Assembly (NCBI GenBank): GCA_965369865.1
Contig: CBDURU010000042.1
Span: 1 to 25,405, forward strand
Direction of reading: 5' to 3'
DNA from: an uncultured bacterium
GTDB lineage: Bacteria; JAJVIF01; JAPKYR01
Length of the DNA: 25,405 nt
The notes under the pieces were generated by a model. That model made no database searches. It was given only the letters and a program-made list of their open reading frames with translations, and had not been told where the DNA came from. The first letter of the stretch is position 1. Each line of letters begins with the position of its first letter. Made by a program: the position numbers and the translations under genes. Positions 18,968-25,405 of this stretch are shown in pieces.

Positions 18968-19507
18968 TCAGGATTTTACGCGGAATTCGAGTGTCTTTCC
19001 CTCAGTTGTGAGAGTATACTTGCCCGTCTTTAGCTCTGAGAAAACAAATTTCCCAGTCGCGTCGGTGCACGCTACATCCACAAATTCCTTTCCTTTAAAT
19101 ATCCGGATAGGATAAAACTTAAGCTTCTCGCCCGAAGTGTTGAAGATAAATCCGATTACCTTGTCGTCCTCAACCAGATCGGCTTTTGCCTGGCTCTTGG
19201 GCGCATCTTTTGTTTGGAGGCGCGGGGAGAGATTGGAAGTTGAGTTGACGAGGAGGATATCGGCGATGCTGGATTCGTCGCTTCTTACCTTCCTGCGTTT
19301 TTTCTTGTTGCCGAGATCTTCCTCGTTGGGGAATATCTCTTCGACTGGATAACCCAGTGCATTAGCAAGACGCTGCCGGGTAAGATACGAAGGCGTGCGG
19401 TTGCAAGACTCGATGTTGGAGATCGTTGCCTGCGCTACGCCTGTTATCCGGCTAAGTTCGATTTGCGACTTGTCAGCTTTGACACGGAATTCTCTTAAAC
19501 GATTGAT
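18968..19507 (-). CDS. XRE-family HTH regulator fused to a C-terminal prealbumin/Cna-B-like domain; apparent ATC start; absent from the ORF track
   Basis: 540-nt open frame: (M)NRLREFRVKADKSQIELSRITGVAQATISNIESCNRTPSYLTRQRLANALGYPVEEIFP…VIGFIFNTSGEKLKFYPIRIF…CTDATGKFVFSELKTGKYTL…VKS*. RBS GAGGTG is 7 nt before the ATC; an in-frame TGA lies 3 codons upstream. Confidence 0.8.
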   Translation of the reverse strand: MNRLREFRVKADKSQIELSRITGVAQATISNIESCNRTPSYLTRQRLANALGYPVEEIFPNEEDLGNKKKRRKVRSDESSIADILLVNSTSNLSPRLQTKDAPKSQAKADLVEDDKVIGFIFNTSGEKLKFYPIRIFKGKEFVDVACTDATGKFVFSELKTGKYTLTTEGKTLEFRVKS

Positions 19508-19554
19508 GACTGTTCACCTCGTTTGTTTGGTGATCAATAAATACTCTCTGAAAT

Positions 19555-19583
19555 AATGTAACATATTCGTGATATGGTTGCAA
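19555..19583 (-). promoter_or_regulatory. Promoter of the XRE gene with a candidate operator in the spacer
   Basis: Minus strand TTGCAA, 17 nt, TACATT; the spacer contains the inverted repeat CATAT-N5-ATATG (19562-19576). Confidence 0.5.
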
Positions 19584-19798
19584 GATGTCAAGTGCCTGTT
19601 TATCCTCGAATATGCCGACATTAACTTAGATGCGTTTTCTTCTCGAATTATAGCATCTTTTATTATAATAGCAATATATTATCCGGTAAAAAGCGAAAAA
19701 TCTTATTAAACTCCACTATTTATCGACACCGGGGGGATGGTCTTAAGTTCATTTTTTTTCGACGCTTAGTAAAATAGTGATTACGAAATAGAGATTAC

Positions 19799-19838
19799 GG
19801 GGACGCCTTTCCGACCTTCCAGGTCTGAAGGTGTCCCC
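19799..19838. repeat. 40-bp hairpin element, left copy
   Basis: GGGGACGCCTTTCCGACCTTCCAGGTCTGAAGGTGTCCCC; exact reverse complement at 25297..25336. Confidence 0.9.
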
Positions 19839-20095
19839 TGAGCCCGTATTGCACTTCAATATCTTTTAATTAACCTGACATCAATTAAAATGATTTTTTA
19901 AGTGAATATAGAAAAAAATGAATTTATAGAAGTTCCGTGGTAAAATTAAAGAACCAAGAAAGGCAGGTGCAAGGTATGCGTATTTTCCAATGGATTACAG
20001 TTCTCGCGGCAATTGCTGCATGTATTGGGTGCGGCGGAAAGGGAGGCAGCCCTGTAGTTCCACCGGGTTCCCCCGACATAGAATCAAGCATTACA
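19839..20095 (+). repeat. Direct repeat: promoter, RBS and signal-peptide block (second copy 22503..22759)
   Basis: Identical for the first 172 bp and 3 substitutions over 257 bp at offset 2664; contains TTGCAC-16-TAACCT. Confidence 0.9.
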
Positions 20096-22462
20096 GCTCA
20101 AACCAATTACGATAATCCCGGCAATCGGTATATTCTTGGCCTGGGGGAGATTTACGTTTCAGCGGACCACAGGTCAATGGAATTAGTCCCCGTGAGATCA
20201 TCCGAGATGCATTTAAACTTAGTTAATTTTCTTGATATCGGTGGGTATAAAGGTTTAGAGATTAGCGGTGTTGAACATATACTGCCTGATTTTATCAAAG
20301 TAGATTTAAAATTTACACATCCCTTCGGTGGGACCTATATCGTTGGTTACCACATATTTGATGTTCGCTGTATTCTGATGACAGACTCGGATTTTGAATT
20401 TCCGGAATGCGCACGAAGAATCGCCTGGTCAGGCAATTACCCAATTGTTGTTAATCCTGACGGATATACCAGTATATTTAATCCAACCGAATTTCCGGAA
20501 TTTTCAGGTCCACCACTCCTAACATACACTACTGGAAAATACTCCTTCGGTGAACTTCCCAACTCAACTTTAAATCCATTTATCGCATATAAAAGGACCA
20601 GTCCCAGAAGGCGATTCAGCAACTTTTCCACATACAATTCATATCTTGAAACAAGAAAAGTCTGGATAACTCCCCCGGATGGCCCATTTTCATTTGGCTA
20701 TGCTATCGACTGCTCCTGGATGCTCCTGGAAGATACATACCCACCTGAAGCTAATTGCCTTGAACCTTATAATATTGAAACATGGCTAGGGCCGGGTTTA
20801 ACGAATAATATCGGGAGCGAAGCGCAGATTCAAGTTGAAGTTTTTGATCATCAGAGTATTGAAACGATTCAATCGGTTGTGGTCGAAGCACCCGATATTT
20901 TTAATGGTACCGTTGAAATTGCGCAATCGTATGTAACGGGTGAAGAGAGTGTAATGTTTGAAGGGATCATTTCAAATGATCTGGGATCTGATGATGGTGA
21001 ATACCCGTTGCTTATCAGGGCGGTTTCAAGTGAATCTGATCCAAACCTTGGATTTCTGGACGCATGGGATATTTTAAGAGTAACAATTGGTGGTAACGGA
21101 TGGGCGAAAACATGGGGTGGTTCTCATACCGACTTTTCCAGAGGTGTTTGTGTAAGTGAGACCGGTGAAATTTATGTGACAGGTGAACATTCCGGGGGGG
21201 TTGATCTCGATCCGGGACCTGGTGTAGTTACACCGGATAATTGGAATGATGGCGGATTTCTGAGCCGGTTTAATGCGGATGGGGAAATCCAACAAGCGTC
21301 ATTTCTGGGTTCACTCCGAAGCTCTACTGTTAAAAGTGATGGTGCAGGGAATATTCTCCTTGGGGGAAGATTCTCAGGCACTAAGGACTTTGATCCTGGA
21401 CCAGGCACTTATTATCTCACATCCCATGGACCAAGTATTTTCTTGTGGAAACTGGATTCTGAATTGAATCTTATCTGGGCAGATTCATGGAAAACAGGTT
21501 GGGTTCCCGGTGAAGGCTTTTGGGATATGGCAGTCGATACTTATGGATCTAGCTTCGTTACTGGACATTTTTCAGAGAAAATTGATTTTGATAAAGGTCC
21601 AGGAACTGATATCCGTCTGGGACCGGGACTTTTCATCATCAACTACAGCCCTTCGGGCGATGTAATATGGCTGAAAACAATGGAAATGTCAGATATTTAC
21701 CCTAATTCGTTGGCTTTTGGCGTACTGGACGGTGCTGACGTACTCATTATTGCAGGCCGTTTCGAAGGCACTGTAGATTTTGACCCTGGACCTGGCACGT
21801 TTGAACTTACATCAACAGGGTCCAGTGACGCATTTTTCAGTATTTATTCAAGGGACGGCGAATTTATCTCAGCGTACTCCTGGGGTGGTGAGGAGGATGA
21901 CGAGATCGGTTGCGTGAACATTGATAACTCGGGCAATATCTGGGCAGCTGGGATATTCTACGGGACAGTGGATTTCGACCCGGGACCTGGTGTAGATGAG
22001 TTTACATCCCACGGTCCGGTTGATTTCTTCCTTTGCAAATATGATTCAGCATCCAATTACCAGTTTTGCAGGACATGGGGACCCGCAACAATATATTACA
22101 ATGACGGTTTAGAGGTCGTATCAGATACAAGCGGCTACATATATGTCACCGGAGTATACAACACTACCATAGATCTCGATCCAGGACCAGGATCTGAGAT
22201 TCATTTAGGAAATGGTTCGACCAGGAATATTTTCATTTCAAAATTCGATCCCTCTGGAAATTTCCTGCATGCATCAGTGATAACTGGTCCCTATACAAAA
22301 TATTGTTATGATCTCGATGTTGATCCATCGGGAAATGTTTATGTGGCTGGATATTTCTATACACAAATTGATTTCAACCCGGGTCCTGAATTTGATTTCC
22401 ATGAGAGCTTCGGAGATAGAGACGCTTTTCTCCTCAAAGTTAACCCGGAAGGAACCTGGTAA
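19976..22462 (+). CDS. Lipoprotein 3: conserved N-terminal domain plus SBBP-like beta-propeller
   Basis: ATG 19976 after a purine-rich leader (ORF track uses GTG 19937); lipobox CIGC; HLNLVNFL, HPF..FDVR, FGYAIDCSW, ANCLEPY; DFDPGPG repeats. Confidence 0.85.
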   Translation: MRIFQWITVLAAIAACIGCGGKGGSPVVPPGSPDIESSITAQTNYDNPGNRYILGLGEIYVSADHRSMELVPVRSSEMHLNLVNFLDIGGYKGLEISGVEHILPDFIKVDLKFTHPFGGTYIVGYHIFDVRCILMTDSDFEFPECARRIAWSGNYPIVVNPDGYTSIFNPTEFPEFSGPPLLTYTTGKYSFGELPNSTLNPFIAYKRTSPRRRFSNFSTYNSYLETRKVWITPPDGPFSFGYAIDCSWMLLEDTYPPEANCLEPYNIETWLGPGLTNNIGSEAQIQVEVFDHQSIETIQSVVVEAPDIFNGTVEIAQSYVTGEESVMFEGIISNDLGSDDGEYPLLIRAVSSESDPNLGFLDAWDILRVTIGGNGWAKTWGGSHTDFSRGVCVSETGEIYVTGEHSGGVDLDPGPGVVTPDNWNDGGFLSRFNADGEIQQASFLGSLRSSTVKSDGAGNILLGGRFSGTKDFDPGPGTYYLTSHGPSIFLWKLDSELNLIWADSWKTGWVPGEGFWDMAVDTYGSSFVTGHFSEKIDFDKGPGTDIRLGPGLFIINYSPSGDVIWLKTMEMSDIYPNSLAFGVLDGADVLIIAGRFEGTVDFDPGPGTFELTSTGSSDAFFSIYSRDGEFISAYSWGGEEDDEIGCVNIDNSGNIWAAGIFYGTVDFDPGPGVDEFTSHGPVDFFLCKYDSASNYQFCRTWGPATIYYNDGLEVVSDTSGYIYVTGVYNTTIDLDPGPGSEIHLGNGSTRNIFISKFDPSGNFLHASVITGPYTKYCYDLDVDPSGNVYVAGYFYTQIDFNPGPEFDFHESFGDRDAFLLKVNPEGTW

Positions 22463-22499
22463 CGTTCAGGTTGTCTTGAATCTTTTCTCTCTGAGCAGC
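22455..22499 (+). repeat. 45-bp identical 3' trailer (second copy 25176..25220)
   Basis: CCTGGTAACGTTCAGGTTGTCTTGAATCTTTTCTCTCTGAGCAGC spans the stop codon of both lipoproteins 3 and 4. Confidence 0.9.
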
Positions 22500-22639
22500 A
22501 TATGAGCCCGTATTGCACTTCAATATCTTTTAATTAACCTGACATCAATTAAAATGATTTTTTAAGTGAATATAGAAAAAAATGAATTTATAGAAGTTCC
22601 GTGGTAAAATTAAAGAACCAAGAAAGGCAGGTGCAAGGT

Positions 22640-25183
22640 ATGCGTATTTTCCAATGGATTACAGTTCTCGCGGCGATTGCTGCATGTTTTGGGTGCGGCG
22701 GAAAGGGAGGCAGCCCTGTAGTTCCACCGGATTCCCCCGACATAGAATCAAGCATTACATCCCAAATCAATTATGATAATCCCGGCAATCGATACATTCT
22801 GGGTTTATGGGAAGTATATGTTTCCGCCGATCGTGAGACGATTGAAATGGTGCCGGTCAGATCATCCGAGATGCATTTAAACTTAGTTAATTTTCTTGAA
22901 AACGTAGCCTGCACGTATTGCATTAGTTTCTATGGGGTGGAAATTGTTTCACCCAATGAAATGAAAGCTGTGATGCAGGTAAAGCACCCATTTGATGATA
23001 AAGATGAATACACTATATTTGATGTGCGCGGAATATTTATGTCCGACTCGGATTGCCTTTTCCCAAACAGTGGGAGGAGTATCGGGTGGTCTGGTGATTA
23101 TCCAATAGTCCTCGATCCTGATGGTTATACTCAGATTTTCAATCCTGTTGAATATCCTGAATCATCTGGACCGCCGATGTTGACTTATTTCGAGGGTAAA
23201 TGTTCATTTGGTGACAGTCCCACAGCAACTTTAAACCCTTACTGGGCGTTTTGGACCGATGAATCCCGCAGGATGTTTAGGGCAGGGCAGCATCGTTCTC
23301 AAACTATATGGTTAAGTGCTCCCGTTGGACCTTTTTCATTTGGTTACGCTCTTGATTGTTCGTGGGCAAACGCGGGGGAGGTGGATGATCCATTGGAAGA
23401 TTTCCCTCCCGAGGCCAATTGCCCGGAGCCTTATGACATCAATGTATGGTACGGATCCGGGTTAACAAATACTCTTGGAAGTAAGGCGCAGCTTTATGTT
23501 GAGGTTTTCGATCACCAGGGCATCGAAACTATTGATTCTGTTTCCATTGAGGCCCCTGGATTATTTGAAGATACAATTGAACTGAGCTTATCATACGCAA
23601 TGGGCGAAGAAAGCTGGATGTTTGAGGGGATTATCTCCAATGAACGAGCTGAAAATAACGGTGTATACCCTCTGCTTGTTCGGGTAGTGTCTAATGAATC
23701 CGATCCAAACCTTGGATCGCTTGATGCATGGAATATTTGCAGAGTGAATGTAGGTGCTGAAGGCTGGGCAAGAACCTGGGGGGCAAAAATGCGGGATCAT
23801 GGCAGAGGAGTTGCTGTAGATTCTGAAGGAAGCGTGTATGTTACTGGATCCTTTGATTACCCAATTGACCTTGACCCGGGTCCCGGTGTAGCGTGGTATT
23901 CCTCGGAGGATGATTGGGATCCTACTGCTTATCTAAGCAAATTTGACTCTGAAGGTGAATTTCAGCATGCCATAGCATGGGGCGGTCATACGGGAATTGG
24001 TAATGCTGAAGGCTGGCGAGTGGAAGTCGACGCATATGGAAATGTAATAGTTGCAGGAACGTTCAAGGGTGCAGTAGATTTTGATCCTGGACCAGGGTCC
24101 TTCTATTTACCATCAGTTACCGGGGATGACCTTTTTGTGTGCAAGTTTGACCAGGAAATGGTGCTTCTATGGGCTAAATCATGGCCTCTTTATTCGTACA
24201 CATATGATTATACATACTGGTCGCAGGCAGACATAGAGGTGGATCAATCAGGTGATGTTTTTATTACCGGTTACTTCGGTGGAACAATTGATTTTGATCC
24301 AGGTCCAATGACTGATGTACATACTGGTGGTGGATTGTACCTGGCTAAAATTAATTCCAACGGGCAGTACGAATGGACAATTACTTGGGGTGAAAATTTT
24401 GGTAGTAATCCTTACATTGGACATGGTATTGCTATAGATAATACAGGCAATATTTTCAGGATAGGGGGATTCATGGGAACGGTGGATTTCGATCCGGGAC
24501 CTGGTTTGTTTGAACTTACTTCAAATGGGAATTCAGATGCATTTATAACTTCGTTTACCCCGGACAGGCAATTTTTGTGGGCTGCATCCTGGGGTGGTGA
24601 ATGTGATGATATTGCGTGTAGTATAGCCGCGGACACCAGTGGAAATACCTGGGTTGTCGGGGTGTTTGAAGAAACAGTTGATTTCGATCCCGGTCCTGGT
24701 ATAGATGAAATTACTTCTAACGGTCAGGAGGATTTTTTCATAAGCAAGTTCGATGCTGATTTTAATTACCTGTTAAGCCGGACCTGGGGGTCCGATAATA
24801 AAGAGAGGATAACCGGTTTAAATATCGATGTAGATGCACAAGGAAATGCTTATGTATGTGGGAATTTCAGGTATTCTGTTGATTTCGATCCAGGACCAGG
24901 ATCGGATATATATACTCCTGATGTATTTGGACTAAATTATTTTGATTTTTTCCTATCAAGATTTAATTCTGCAGGCGAATACCAGGGGGTTACAGTTTGG
25001 TCAGGTCCACGAGATAAACTTTGTATGGATCTGGCATTGGATATGAATGGGAATGTATATCTTACTGGTGACTATCATCGTGTCTTAGATTTTAACCCTG
25101 GTCCGGGAACGGACTATCACGAAGCCTACGGGTCATACATGGATGCTTTTATACTCAAAGTAAATCCAAACGGAGCCTGGTAA
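22640..25183 (+). CDS. Lipoprotein 4: conserved N-terminal domain plus SBBP-like beta-propeller
   Basis: Leader nearly identical to lipoprotein 3; lipobox CFGC; HLNLVNFLENVACTYC, FDVRGI, FGYALDCSW, ANCPEPY; DFDPGPG repeats. Confidence 0.85.
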   Translation: MRIFQWITVLAAIAACFGCGGKGGSPVVPPDSPDIESSITSQINYDNPGNRYILGLWEVYVSADRETIEMVPVRSSEMHLNLVNFLENVACTYCISFYGVEIVSPNEMKAVMQVKHPFDDKDEYTIFDVRGIFMSDSDCLFPNSGRSIGWSGDYPIVLDPDGYTQIFNPVEYPESSGPPMLTYFEGKCSFGDSPTATLNPYWAFWTDESRRMFRAGQHRSQTIWLSAPVGPFSFGYALDCSWANAGEVDDPLEDFPPEANCPEPYDINVWYGSGLTNTLGSKAQLYVEVFDHQGIETIDSVSIEAPGLFEDTIELSLSYAMGEESWMFEGIISNERAENNGVYPLLVRVVSNESDPNLGSLDAWNICRVNVGAEGWARTWGAKMRDHGRGVAVDSEGSVYVTGSFDYPIDLDPGPGVAWYSSEDDWDPTAYLSKFDSEGEFQHAIAWGGHTGIGNAEGWRVEVDAYGNVIVAGTFKGAVDFDPGPGSFYLPSVTGDDLFVCKFDQEMVLLWAKSWPLYSYTYDYTYWSQADIEVDQSGDVFITGYFGGTIDFDPGPMTDVHTGGGLYLAKINSNGQYEWTITWGENFGSNPYIGHGIAIDNTGNIFRIGGFMGTVDFDPGPGLFELTSNGNSDAFITSFTPDRQFLWAASWGGECDDIACSIAADTSGNTWVVGVFEETVDFDPGPGIDEITSNGQEDFFISKFDADFNYLLSRTWGSDNKERITGLNIDVDAQGNAYVCGNFRYSVDFDPGPGSDIYTPDVFGLNYFDFFLSRFNSAGEYQGVTVWSGPRDKLCMDLALDMNGNVYLTGDYHRVLDFNPGPGTDYHEAYGSYMDAFILKVNPNGAW

Positions 25184-25296
25184 CGTTCAGGTTGTCTTGA
25201 ATCTTTTCTCTCTGAGCAGCCTTTTAATTTTTATTGCCCCATAGAGTGTACAATGGAAAAAGATAACGGTTGATAATGCGATCCCTGCCTTGATTC

Positions 25297-25405
25297 GGGG
25301 ACACCTTCAGACCTGGAAGGTCGGAAAGGCGTCCCCTGAGTTTTGTAACAAAGGTCGGAAAGGCGTCCCCTGAGTTTTGTAACAAAGGTCGGAAAGGCGT
25401 CCCCT
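25297..25405. repeat. 40-bp hairpin element, right copy (25297..25336), running into a 34-bp tandem array
   Basis: AAGGTCGGAAAGGCGTCCCCTGAGTTTTGTAACA at 25317, 25351 and 25385 (last cut by the window end). Confidence 0.9.

Noticed and set aside
19137..19352. 71-aa plus-strand ORF and other short overlapping ORFs in the track
   Set aside because: They are antisense or out-of-frame shadows of better-supported genes; this one lies opposite the XRE gene.
19792..19800. IS200/IS605 target motifs (TTAC, TTGAT) next to the 40-bp hairpins
   Set aside because: The motifs differ between the two copies, are short enough to occur by chance, and no tnpA/tnpB is present.
22455..22545. Integron attC site between lipoprotein cassettes
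   Set aside because: TGGTAAC does not fit RYYYAAC, there is no matching GTTRRRY end or attC-like fold, and no integrase is present.
814..25183. Diversity-generating retroelement acting on the lipoproteins
   Set aside because: No reverse transcriptase, and no TR/VR pair with adenine-restricted differences was seen.
25317..25405. CRISPR array (34-bp period)
   Set aside because: Units are identical end to end with no variable spacers.

Overview
Bacterial accessory region with no RNA genes, CRISPR array, integrase or transposase. It is dominated by four paralogous 830-990 aa lipoproteins (814, 16277, 19976, 22640). Each has a conserved uncharacterised N-terminal domain of about 350 aa and a C-terminal SBBP-like beta-propeller. 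The last two are tandem cassettes with near-identical promoter/leader ends and identical 3' ends but strongly diverged interiors, bracketed by a perfect 40-bp inverted hairpin element. An XRE-HTH plus Ig-like gene missing from the ORF track (18968..19507, minus, apparent ATC start) follows lipoprotein 2, and a remnant of the same gene follows lipoprotein 1, so that module was duplicated. Also present: a NapH/NosR-type 4Fe-4S membrane protein with three N-terminal repeats, a GrpB-family protein, a ComEC lacking its MBL domain, an AT-rich islet (DUF4760-like gene, a membrane protein, a frameshifted DUF4747-like gene), a membrane/pilin-like protein, a secreted HEAT-repeat plus DxxGxDxY-repeat gene pair, and three families of REP/MITE-like repeats. 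Family assignments are from motif recognition only; no searches were run.
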